64,000 nt of DNA. It comes from Alphaproteobacteria bacterium. GTDB lineage: Bacteria > Pseudomonadota > Alphaproteobacteria > SHVV01. Below are positions 1 to 8,470 of the stretch, piece after piece. The translations under genes and the position numbers were made by a program. Within the stretch, counting starts at the first letter, position 1. Each line of letters opens with the position of its first letter. The stretch lies in NCBI GenBank assembly GCA_965261735.1, contig OZ253470.1, positions 3,424,001 to 3,488,000 on the forward strand. Reading direction: 5' to 3'. The notes beneath the pieces were generated by a model. It was not told the origin of the DNA, made no database searches, and saw only the letters and a list, made by a program, of their open reading frames with translations.

Positions 1-229
1 CAGCCTTCGCCTCGAACTGCCGTTGGCGCTGGCCCGCGTGCGCGATCTCCCGCTCGCCCTCGACGGCAAGCTAGCCGGCAGGACGCACCGCCTCTTTGCC
101 ATCGACCTCTACGGCGCCTGCCTGGTCTTGTGGAGCTCTATCGGTGGTTCGCAGTCGTATCTCCCGCTATCGGGCGGATGCGATCATCGGCTTTGTGCGT
201 TTGGGTGTAAATTGCCCAGCCCGCCGCCT

Positions 230-922
230 TCACATGCGCCTCAAGGTCCAGAGGACCTTTCCGACGATGTGGGCGTCCTGGGCGAGGCATGTGTAGGGTT
301 CGTACGTGGGGTTGGCGGAGATCAGCCTGAGCTGGGGCGGCTCGGCGTTGGGCAGGACCTCGACCCGCTTGACCACGAGGCCGGTGCCGTCCCACAGCAC
401 CGCCGTCTCGCCGGTGCCGGGGGCGCGGCGGGTCACGTCGACCAGCAGCCGGTCGCCGTCTGAGACCAGGGGCTCCATCGAATCGCCCCGCGCGCGCAGG
501 ACGCGGAGATTGCCGGGTTCGGCGTCGCCCTCGTGACGGATCATGCCCTCGGGCAGGTACCAGCGCGCTTTCTCGGCGGCGAACTCCTCGCCTGCAGCCC
601 CCGCCCCGGCGGCGGCCTCGACCGCCATTTCGGGGATGGCGGCAAGCGGCGCGCCGGGAAGAGCGGCCAGCGGGGTGCGCCGCCTGCGCTTCTGCGGCTT
701 TCGCCTCGGCGCCTCGGCAGGGCGCAGCTCGCCCGCATCGCAGCCTAGCAGCCCGGCAAGCTTTTCGCTGTCGCCATAGTTCAGCGTTGCCGGGGTGCCG
801 CGCTCCAGGAACTGGTGCATGTAGCTCGGACTGCGGCCGATGGCATCGGAGGCCTCCTTCATGGTGAGGCCGCGCTTCCAGAGCAGATCCTTGATTTTTT
901 GTCGTAGCGGGTCGCGTTCCAT
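230..922 (-). CDS. CI/LexA-like repressor (XRE HTH + S24 autopeptidase)
   Basis: N-terminal HTH (LTMKEASDAIGRSPSYMHQFLERG), AAAG/AG cleavage-type site, catalytic Ser in RGDSMEP and Lys in VVKRV, LISANPTY C-terminal motif. Confidence 0.9.
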   Translation of the reverse strand: MERDPLRQKIKDLLWKRGLTMKEASDAIGRSPSYMHQFLERGTPATLNYGDSEKLAGLLGCDAGELRPAEAPRRKPQKRRRRTPLAALPGAPLAAIPEMAVEAAAGAGAAGEEFAAEKARWYLPEGMIRHEGDAEPGNLRVLRARGDSMEPLVSDGDRLLVDVTRRAPGTGETAVLWDGTGLVVKRVEVLPNAEPPQLRLISANPTYEPYTCLAQDAHIVGKVLWTLRRM

Positions 923-1013
923 CGTAGCCCCTCGCGCGTTTGGCGTTGATATCTAGTGTAATCAATACTGAAACATATTGTCAAGCCCGGATGTTCCTCA
1001 TACGTTCCCGAGC
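923..1013. promoter_or_regulatory. Divergent promoter/operator region of the repressor/cro switch
   Basis: AT-rich spacer between divergent regulators. Minus-strand TTGACA (984-979)-N18-TACACT (960-955). Inverted repeats TTGAT-N10-ATCAA (946-965) and CAATA-N8-TATTG (963-980). Confidence 0.6.
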
Positions 1014-1685
1014 ATGACAGTTTTTCAAATATCGCTGCGGCAAGCCATCGAGGCCTTCATCCAACAGCGCGGCATGACCCGCACCCGCTTCGGAGAGGCG
1101 GCGCTGGGCGATCCGTCCTTCGTCACCGTCTTCCGCCGCGGCCGCTCGCCGCGCCTGGATACCGCCGACCGGCTGCTGGCCTTCATGGGGCTCGAGCCCA
1201 TCGGGCCCGGCTTCCGGCGTGAAGTCGACGCGTTTCTGGCGGTTACCGGGGCCAAGTCCTCGGAACTTGGCCGGGCAGCGAGCGGCAATCCGTCCTTCGT
1301 GAGCTGGCTGCGCCGGGGAGGCGCGCCGCGGCTCGCCACCGTGGACAAGGCACGCGCCTGGATGGAGGGCGCCGCGAGCGCGGAGGAAGTCCGGGCGATC
1401 CGGGCCATGGCGTCCGGGGACGAGGAGATCCCGCAAGACACCTTCAAGGGAGACTGCGACATGGGCGACGACGCCTGGCAGTACATGGGCACGCGCGAGC
1501 TGGCGTCCTTTCTGGGCCTGAGTCCGCGCACGCTGGACCGCTACCGGGTGAGCGGCGGGGGTCCGAAGTTTCACAAGTTCGGCAACCGGGTGCGCTACGC
1601 CCGCGCCGATGTCGAGGCGTGGGCGGCGGAACGCCGCTACAGCTCGACTTCCGACGAGGGCAGTCCCGTCCGGAAGACGGCGTGA
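1014..1685 (+). CDS. Fusion of two tandem Cro-like HTH domains and a C-terminal AlpA/excisionase-type HTH
   Basis: Internal repeat IEAFIQQRGMTRTRFGEAALGDPSFVTVFRRGRSPRLDTADR / VDAFLAVTGAKSSELGRAASGNPSFVSWLRRGGAPRLATVDK, then TRELASFLGLSPRTLDRYRVSGGGPKFHKFGNRVRYARADVEAW. ATG 1014 preferred over TTG 978. Confidence 0.8.
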   Translation: MTVFQISLRQAIEAFIQQRGMTRTRFGEAALGDPSFVTVFRRGRSPRLDTADRLLAFMGLEPIGPGFRREVDAFLAVTGAKSSELGRAASGNPSFVSWLRRGGAPRLATVDKARAWMEGAASAEEVRAIRAMASGDEEIPQDTFKGDCDMGDDAWQYMGTRELASFLGLSPRTLDRYRVSGGGPKFHKFGNRVRYARADVEAWAAERRYSSTSDEGSPVRKTA

Positions 1686-1788
1686 TGGGCGGCCTCGCCG
1701 TCCCGCGGCTCAAGGCACATCGGCAATCCATGTTCACCGGTTCGCCGGACGCGGCGATCACGAACCACCTGCACGGGACACCACGCGT

Positions 1789-3405
1789 ATGACCGGTGAA
1801 CGCCTGTTTACTTTCCAGCATCCTGGTTGGCGGATCCGTTTCGCGCGATCCGGTTGTTTCGCAATATTGCTCGCCACACTTGCGGGCTGCGGCCTGGCCG
1901 AGGTCGAACACGCGAGGATGGAGACAGGGGATGTCGCGCGGCAGGTCTCGGCCCTGCGGCCGCCGCAAGCCGGCCCGCGCCTTTCCACCGTGCGCCTGAT
2001 CGAGCGGCGGCCCTATGTCGGATTGACCCGCATCGAGCCCGATCCTCGCGCCGGTCTGCCGGCGCGCTTTCGCCGCGCGGACGCGGTGACGCTGCCGCTG
2101 GCCGGGATCGGCGCGGCGGCGGTACTGATGGCACGCATCGAGGCGGCGACCGGCATCGCGGTGCGGTTTACCGGCCCCCCGCGCCGGGCAGACGATACGA
2201 CGGGCGACGATACGCCCGTGCCTCTCCTCGGCGAGGCCGGACGCGATGGGTTGTCGCCGGACGGCGGCATCTGGACCGGCCCGCTCGACGCTCTGCTCGA
2301 TTCCTGGACCGGGCCCTCCGGTTACGAGTGGCGCTACGACGCGGACCGGCAAGCGATCGAGATCGTACGCCGCCGTTCCGCGGTCTTTCATATTCATGCG
2401 CTGGCCGGCACGCAGCGCTACACCGTGTCGGCTTCGACCCAGGACAGCGCAGCCGGAGACGGCGGCGGCAACCTCACCAGCCAGACGATCTCGACCGAGA
2501 CGGATTACGACCCGTGGCCCGAGATCGAGGGCCAATTGAAAGAGCTGCTCGATCCCGGAACGCGGCTGTCGGTGGCGCCGTCGAGCGCCTCGGTGACGGT
2601 GAGCGGCACGCCCCGCGATATCGCCCGGGCGCGCGCGTACCTCGGCTATCTCAACCGCGAGGTGCTGCGGCCTGTCACCCTGTCGGTGCACGTCTATTCG
2701 GTGCGCGTCGAGCGCGAGGCGGACTACGATCTCGGCCTCAGCTTCTCCATCGCCCGGCTGCTCGGCGAGGCGCTGCGCGTCAGCGTGGGATCCAACGCGG
2801 TAGCGCTGATCAAGCCCTCTCCCGGCAACGAAAGCGGCGATACGCTGTCGGCGACGGTGAAGGCATTGAACAACGCGGGCGCGGTCTCGCGGGTGCTGTC
2901 GGCCGATATTCCGTCGCTGAACGGCAAGCCGGCGCAGTTCTTCGAGCTCTTCCAGGAAGCCTATCTGCGCGAGCTGCGCACCACGGCGGGCGAGGGCATC
3001 GCCCAGACCGAGCTCGTGCCAGGCACGGTCTCCTCGGGTTTCGCGGTGAGCTACCTGCCCCGCATCACCGGTCCCGGCGAGGTGCTGGTGCGGCTGTTCG
3101 CGAGCCTGCGCGACCGCCCGTCTTTCACCGCTTTTGCCTCGAACAGCCAGACGATCCAGCTTCCGGCCTATGCCAGCCGCGCCATTCAGGTGACGCAGAA
3201 GATCGGCCGTGGCGAGACGCTGATGGTGACCGGATTTTCCGACCGCAGCGCAAGCGCCCAGCGTTCCGGCACCTTCGACGCCGATCTGCCGCTGCCCGAC
3301 GGCGGGCGCAAGGCGTCCACGGCGCGTATCGAACAGGTGCTTCTGATAACCGCGGACATCGGCGAGCCGCTGGGCATCGCGGAAGTCCGGGGGATGGCGT
3401 TTTGA
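1789..3405 (+). CDS. pilN: Type IVb pilus liposecretin (R64 PilN/BfpB family)
   Basis: Lipobox LATLAGC, secretin motifs (SVTVSGTP, SLNGKPAQF, ELVPGTVSSGF, GETLMVTGF). First gene of the pil cluster; start approximate. Confidence 0.85.
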   Translation: MTGERLFTFQHPGWRIRFARSGCFAILLATLAGCGLAEVEHARMETGDVARQVSALRPPQAGPRLSTVRLIERRPYVGLTRIEPDPRAGLPARFRRADAVTLPLAGIGAAAVLMARIEAATGIAVRFTGPPRRADDTTGDDTPVPLLGEAGRDGLSPDGGIWTGPLDALLDSWTGPSGYEWRYDADRQAIEIVRRRSAVFHIHALAGTQRYTVSASTQDSAAGDGGGNLTSQTISTETDYDPWPEIEGQLKELLDPGTRLSVAPSSASVTVSGTPRDIARARAYLGYLNREVLRPVTLSVHVYSVRVEREADYDLGLSFSIARLLGEALRVSVGSNAVALIKPSPGNESGDTLSATVKALNNAGAVSRVLSADIPSLNGKPAQFFELFQEAYLRELRTTAGEGIAQTELVPGTVSSGFAVSYLPRITGPGEVLVRLFASLRDRPSFTAFASNSQTIQLPAYASRAIQVTQKIGRGETLMVTGFSDRSASAQRSGTFDADLPLPDGGRKASTARIEQVLLITADIGEPLGIAEVRGMAF

Positions 3406-4730
3406 GCACCATTCTCATTAACGGACGTCCCTTCGCGGCCGGGCTCTACTGGTTGGAGCGGGCCGGTCCGGCCACCACGGCACGCGCCGCGCGCCGCTTC
3501 GCGCGTCCCTGGTGCGTCCACCGGGCGGGTCAGACCGGCTATGCCGGCGGTTCCGAAGGCGACACCCCCGAGGGATTGCCGGCGCTGGCGTTGGCGTTGG
3601 TCGATTCGATCGAGAGCGAGTTCTGGATGGCTCTGGTCGCGAGCGATGCGGCCATGGGCGATGCAACCGATACCGGGCATTACGCGCTGATCAAGGTGCG
3701 CGACGGCGCCGTGCTCGCCGATGGCGATGAGGTTTTTACCGGCCGGGATGCCGCCGTCGAAGCTTTCACCCGCGCGCGGACGCTGGGCTGGGACCTTTAC
3801 GCGACGCCCGGCCTGCTCGCCGGCGGCGCGGACCGCGATGTCACGGACCTCGATGCTTCCAGTCTCACCGCGGCACCGGATAATGTACTGCGCCGCGTGC
3901 CGTTTACGAGAATTGGGCGCGCTCACTTGGCGCTGGCCTTGCTGTTGCCAGCCGCCGTTGCCGGTGTGTGGATCGCCTGGCTCCAGCGCGATGCGGTCCT
4001 GGACTGGATCGCCGGACCGGAACCCGTGGCCGCCGCCGCGCCGCCAACCGACCCGGATCTAGCGGTAGCGGTCGATAGCACCGCGCTGATAGAAGCCTGC
4101 CGGCGGGCATTGATCGATTATCCGCCCTGGCTGCCGGCCTGGCGGATCGAGAGCCTTGCCTGCGCCGCCCGCTTTTCCGATCCCGAACTTGCCGCGCTGC
4201 GCCCCGAACTGGCGGGCCGCGCAGTCATGCTGGCGCGCTGGCGGCTTGGCCCCGGCCACGCCGAGCCCCTGCACCGGCAACTCGCCGAGCAACATCTGTC
4301 GCGCTGGTACGCCGCGTCCGTGGTCGATGCGCGCGCCTGGGCGGTGGTGCCGCTGGCCCCCATGCTCCGCATCTCTGACCGCGCGCCGCTTTCTTTTCTT
4401 GTGTTTCGCCGTGCTGTCGACCGTGAGCTTGGCCTTCGTGGGGCGCAGATCGACTACGCACAGAGCCCGCAGGGCGGCTGGACCGCCCGGATCTCCCATC
4501 CTGGCCCGTTGTCGTACCTCGCCGATCTATTCCGCGAGGCCGCCGGCCTCGCTGGTCTCGAGATCACCGGGCTGGATCTCGGTGCTGACGGGGGATGGCG
4601 CCTGCATGGCCGCCCCGTGGCCCCGGAGGCGATGACGCGTGCGGAATTCCGTGAGCTGACAGGCGCTCCGGCACCGGCCGCGGAGCGCAATTCCGAACAG
4701 TTTCCAAACGAGGAGGCAACCCATGAATAG
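3402..4730 (+). CDS. pilO: Type IVb pilus accessory protein PilO
   Basis: TTG start overlapping the pilN stop, INGRPFAAGLYW N-terminus, VRDGAVLADGDEVF, single TM segment; position after pilN. Confidence 0.8.
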   Translation: MSTILINGRPFAAGLYWLERAGPATTARAARRFARPWCVHRAGQTGYAGGSEGDTPEGLPALALALVDSIESEFWMALVASDAAMGDATDTGHYALIKVRDGAVLADGDEVFTGRDAAVEAFTRARTLGWDLYATPGLLAGGADRDVTDLDASSLTAAPDNVLRRVPFTRIGRAHLALALLLPAAVAGVWIAWLQRDAVLDWIAGPEPVAAAAPPTDPDLAVAVDSTALIEACRRALIDYPPWLPAWRIESLACAARFSDPELAALRPELAGRAVMLARWRLGPGHAEPLHRQLAEQHLSRWYAASVVDARAWAVVPLAPMLRISDRAPLSFLVFRRAVDRELGLRGAQIDYAQSPQGGWTARISHPGPLSYLADLFREAAGLAGLEITGLDLGADGGWRLHGRPVAPEAMTRAEFRELTGAPAPAAERNSEQFPNEEATHE

Positions 4731-6363
4731 GACATTCCGTGCAACCATGCTGGCCGGGGTCAGCCTGTGCGCGCTTCTCAGTGCCGCGCCGGCGGGCGCG
4801 CAACAATCCGCGAACGAACGTACGTACCGTCAGGAAGCGCTGGCGCATGCCCGGGCGGTGACCACGGCTTGGCGGCGCCTGGAGAGCTATGTTCTCGAGG
4901 GCTCCGCCGGCACTCCCGATCCGGATGGCGCAAGCGTCTCGGGCTGGAGCGGCGCGGTTCCGCCGGCCGGCAGCGGCTGGCTTGCCGATTGGACGCTGCG
5001 TGGCGTGCGGGCACGTTATTGCGAAGACACGCTGCTGGTCTATCTCGCGCCTGAGCGTCTCAAGGGCGTCGGCCGCGATCACCGCGCGGTCCAGACAGCG
5101 CCCCATGCCTACGCCGGCGGCGGAGCGAATGGCCAGGCGCCGGTGCTGCACTGGCTGGAAGCAGGCCGGGCCACGGGTGCTGCGGGCCGCCCTTCAGTGA
5201 CACTCCCCGCCTGCCTGTCGGATACCGCTTTCGGCGGGCCGCTGCCCTCGGGCCGCGCCGCGCTCGCCGGCACGGTGCGCGATCCCTACACCCACACCAA
5301 CGAACGTGTGAGCCGCGAACGCCGGCTCGAGGATTGTGCCGCCGGTGAGCACGGCCTGGGCCGCACAAGAATGCGCGAGGTCACCCAAACCGATGACGAA
5401 CGCGGCAACCCGGTGGGCGATCCGGTCCATGGTCCCTGGCAGCTTCTGATCGACGAATGCCGGGCCGATTACACGGCCTGGGAGAACTACACGCTGGTCT
5501 GCCACTGGGACGCCGGGCCGCCGCACAACCGGCGCATGGAAGGCCGTGAGATCTGGCGCCGCCTGAAGAGCGTGACGGCAGAGGGCGAGACGCTGGGTCC
5601 GCCCGAGTTCGTCTCGACGAGCTGCTGGACCGGCAAGGTTCCCGTGCCGCCCACGGCGGTGGTGACGGAGACCGCGCAAACCGAAGCCATGACCGATGGC
5701 TGCCCGTCCGGCTACACGGGAAGCCAGGACTACCGGCGCACCGCGACCCGGCGGGCGACCCAGTTCCCGTGGGACGCGGAGCCGGTGGTCCAGATCTCTT
5801 ACGGCCCCTGGATACTGGAAACGGACAGCTGCCAGGCCGTGATTCCGCCGGACTGGAACGATGACGGCGGCGTTGGCGATGCCGATGCCGGCGGAGACGG
5901 TGCCGGTGCGGTCGGCGAGGACTGCGATCCCTGCAGTCTGCTGGACATCGAAGCCGGTGCCGATGACTGTTTCCTCGACAGCAGCGGCGGCAATGGCGGG
6001 GACGGCGGCTGTTTCCTGACCATGGCGGTCGTCGAGCGGCGTGGTGTCGAGGCGGATGACGGGCCGACCCTGACCGCGCTGCGCCGCTTCCGCGACGGCT
6101 ACATGATGAAAACGCCCAAACGCCGGGCGCTGGTTGCCGAATATTACGAAATCGCGCCCCGTATCGCCGCCGCGATTCCCCAAGGACATTCGGACTGGGA
6201 CTGGATCGGCGGCCGCATCGACGCGGCCATCGCGGCTATCGCCGCAGGCGACGAAAACGGGGCGTTCGCGATCTATGCCGCCATGGTGCGCCGCCTCGCC
6301 ACGCGCTGGGCGGAACCGGCCAGCCGCATGGCCGTCGGCGCAAACACCACCAAAGGAACATGA
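4723..6363 (+). CDS. Secreted protein: possible PilM-like N-terminus, Cys-rich repeats, acidic linker, C-terminal CFI-box-CTERM domain
   Basis: Signal peptide (APAGA/QQ). Repeats C..GEHG..GPWQLLIDEC and CPSGYTG..GPWILETDSC. GGCFLTMAV...LTALRRFRDGYM...LVAEYYEIAPRIA. GAGGAGG RBS. Confidence 0.7.
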   Translation: MNRTFRATMLAGVSLCALLSAAPAGAQQSANERTYRQEALAHARAVTTAWRRLESYVLEGSAGTPDPDGASVSGWSGAVPPAGSGWLADWTLRGVRARYCEDTLLVYLAPERLKGVGRDHRAVQTAPHAYAGGGANGQAPVLHWLEAGRATGAAGRPSVTLPACLSDTAFGGPLPSGRAALAGTVRDPYTHTNERVSRERRLEDCAAGEHGLGRTRMREVTQTDDERGNPVGDPVHGPWQLLIDECRADYTAWENYTLVCHWDAGPPHNRRMEGREIWRRLKSVTAEGETLGPPEFVSTSCWTGKVPVPPTAVVTETAQTEAMTDGCPSGYTGSQDYRRTATRRATQFPWDAEPVVQISYGPWILETDSCQAVIPPDWNDDGGVGDADAGGDGAGAVGEDCDPCSLLDIEAGADDCFLDSSGGNGGDGGCFLTMAVVERRGVEADDGPTLTALRRFRDGYMMKTPKRRALVAEYYEIAPRIAAAIPQGHSDWDWIGGRIDAAIAAIAAGDENGAFAIYAAMVRRLATRWAEPASRMAVGANTTKGT

Positions 6364-7595
6364 CGATGACACGGCATTCAACCTTGTCGATCGCCGCTGC
6401 CGTCATGGCGGCGGGCGGTCTCGCGGCGGGCACTCTTGGAGTGGACGGCGCTTTGGCGCAAGCCGCTCCCGGATCTCCCAATTACAGCTCCCACGGCGCC
6501 GCCTTCTTCACCGGCTTGCTCGAGGGCCGCGTCTGGATCCTGGAGCGGCCGAACTCGCGCCGCGCCGAAGACCGCAATACCGTCTGGGCGCATTACCACG
6601 GCCCGGACGGCACGCTTCGCGCCTGCGCCCATCTCGGCGGCGCCTATGCGCCCGGAACCGCGCGCTGGCGGGTGGTGCCCTCGCGCGAGTTCCGCGCGCT
6701 CTACAATTTCACCGAGCCGGGCGTGGAGCCGGATCCCGGGCAGCGGCGCGGGCACACCCCGGTCTTTTACGATCCCGCCACCGGCGTGCTGCACAACGAG
6801 GCGTTGGGAGCCGCGGCCGGTGTCTGGGCTGTGGCTTCGCGCGGTTGGGTTCAGGAAAGCTGGCCGCGGGCGATGAAGGACGCCTGCCCGGACTTGCGTT
6901 TGCCGGCGGACCTGCCGGTCAACGAGAAGCAGACCTCGACCGCGTTCGACAAGGCGATCGCCCAGGACCTGGACGCGCCGCTGCGCGGCTTTCCGGGCTC
7001 CGAACTGCGCGGACCCGGAGCCACGGGCATTGCGGCCTCGGGGGGCCATGCAACCCTGCCGGCGGCGGCACTCAAGCGCTTCCTCGAAGATAACAACGGC
7101 CAAGTGCTGATCGACAATACCGGTGCGCGCCACGTTCTGGTACTCGGTCCGGATCGCGACGAGTTGTGGCTGCTCGACGGCAGCGGCGGTACCGGCGCAA
7201 TCGCTGATACCGGCCATCTCGTCCCGGCGGCGGGCGGCGCGGAGATCGCGCTCCACTACGAGCGACTGCCGTTGCGGCCGCGTTTCCGCATCGGCGCCGC
7301 GTTGCCGCTGCTGCCCACCGGAGAGCGCTATGCCGCGATGCGTCTGACCGATTGGCTGGCGGCGCGGGGCGACCCGGTCACGCTGCCCTTCATGGATCGC
7401 GATGATTCCGCGTTCAGCTTCGGGGCGGATGGAACTCTTACCGCGTTATTGGGAGACGGCAACGGCAGTCGTGAGACGGCCGGTGCGTGGCGCTGGTCGC
7501 GCGGCGAATTGATCGTAACCCTCGACGGCGCGGCGGCGGCCAACAGCTATCCCTGGCGCGCGCTCGCCGCCCATCTCGGGTGGACGCCCGAATGA
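6360..7595 (+). CDS. Secreted hypothetical protein in the pil operon
   Basis: Signal peptide (ALA/Q), ATGA coupling at both ends, no recognised family. Confidence 0.7.
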   Translation: MTMTRHSTLSIAAAVMAAGGLAAGTLGVDGALAQAAPGSPNYSSHGAAFFTGLLEGRVWILERPNSRRAEDRNTVWAHYHGPDGTLRACAHLGGAYAPGTARWRVVPSREFRALYNFTEPGVEPDPGQRRGHTPVFYDPATGVLHNEALGAAAGVWAVASRGWVQESWPRAMKDACPDLRLPADLPVNEKQTSTAFDKAIAQDLDAPLRGFPGSELRGPGATGIAASGGHATLPAAALKRFLEDNNGQVLIDNTGARHVLVLGPDRDELWLLDGSGGTGAIADTGHLVPAAGGAEIALHYERLPLRPRFRIGAALPLLPTGERYAAMRLTDWLAARGDPVTLPFMDRDDSAFSFGADGTLTALLGDGNGSRETAGAWRWSRGELIVTLDGAAAANSYPWRALAAHLGWTPE

Positions 7596-8470
7596 CCGCC
7601 GCGGGACGTCTTCGCACTCTTGGCGCTTGCCTCGTGGCGATGGTGGTGGCATCGGGTGCATCAGCGCTGGACGCGGTTTCACCGTCCGCGCCGGGGACGC
7701 AATCCGCCGAGGCGGTGGCGGCGGGCTCCGCCGGCGTGAATTCAAAGCCGGCTCTTTCGGTCCCGCCAATGGCGCCATCCACGGGCGCTGCGAATGCCGT
7801 GGGCCGCAGCCGTCTGCTTCGCGTGCTGGACGGCGGGGCGGCCGGGCAACCGCAACCGGCAGGTCCGGGCGAAAAAGCGCGGACGCCAAACGTGCCCATT
7901 CCGAAGTCCGGCATCCCGATACCGGCGATGGCTGCATCCGTCATCGCAGGCTGTCCGCGCGATCTGCTGACCCGGCTGCTCGCGGGTGTGGCGGAAAGGC
8001 AAGACGCGCTGTCCGCCCTGGCGATCGAGCACGAGACCCTGAAGCTATGCCATGAGCGGCAGCTGATCGTGACCGGGATATTCGAGACGGAGGCGCAGTT
8101 GCGGGCGCTCCGGGCGCAGGCGGAACCGGCCGCCGCAAATCGATCCCCGGCGGTGGCTGCCACCGTTCCTTCGGTCATACCGCAATTGAACACGGTCCCT
8201 GCAAAGCTGCCGGCGCCCTCCACGACTCCTCCGAATTCGGCGAAAGCCGCGCCGGCAGCGCCGCGCTATGGCTGGTTCTCGATCGTCGGGATGGCGGGCG
8301 ATCTGCGAGCCGGTGTCACCGATGGGCGGCGGGTCTGGTTCGTGCGCGAGGGCGATCCGCTCCCCGGCGGCGTCCGGGTCGACCGGATCGCCGCGCGCCC
8401 CCCCGGCGTGCAAATCGAGGGTGCGGACGACAGTGCATTGCCTTACAGGGCCAGGCCCGGAGACGGTTGA
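7592..8470 (+). CDS. pilP: Type IVb pilus biogenesis protein PilP
   Basis: Signal peptide, coiled coil, C-terminal SIVGMAGDLRA...VREGDPLPGGVRVDRI domain; immediately before pilQ. Confidence 0.7.
   Translation: MTAAGRLRTLGACLVAMVVASGASALDAVSPSAPGTQSAEAVAAGSAGVNSKPALSVPPMAPSTGAANAVGRSRLLRVLDGGAAGQPQPAGPGEKARTPNVPIPKSGIPIPAMAASVIAGCPRDLLTRLLAGVAERQDALSALAIEHETLKLCHERQLIVTGIFETEAQLRALRAQAEPAAANRSPAVAATVPSVIPQLNTVPAKLPAPSTTPPNSAKAAPAAPRYGWFSIVGMAGDLRAGVTDGRRVWFVREGDPLPGGVRVDRIAARPPGVQIEGADDSALPYRARPGDG

Noticed and set aside
1-229. Gene at the left edge
   Set aside because: No frame with recognisable motifs in the available sequence
230-1685. Prophage
   Set aside because: The cI/cro-like pair is followed by conjugation genes; no capsid, terminase or tail genes
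1827-3401. N-terminal 525 aa of the 967-aa ORF
   Set aside because: Arg/Pro-rich shadow frame overlapping pilN; real PilO begins at TTG 3402. Similar false extensions were trimmed for pilP, pilR, pilU, dotD/C/B, icmC/D and others
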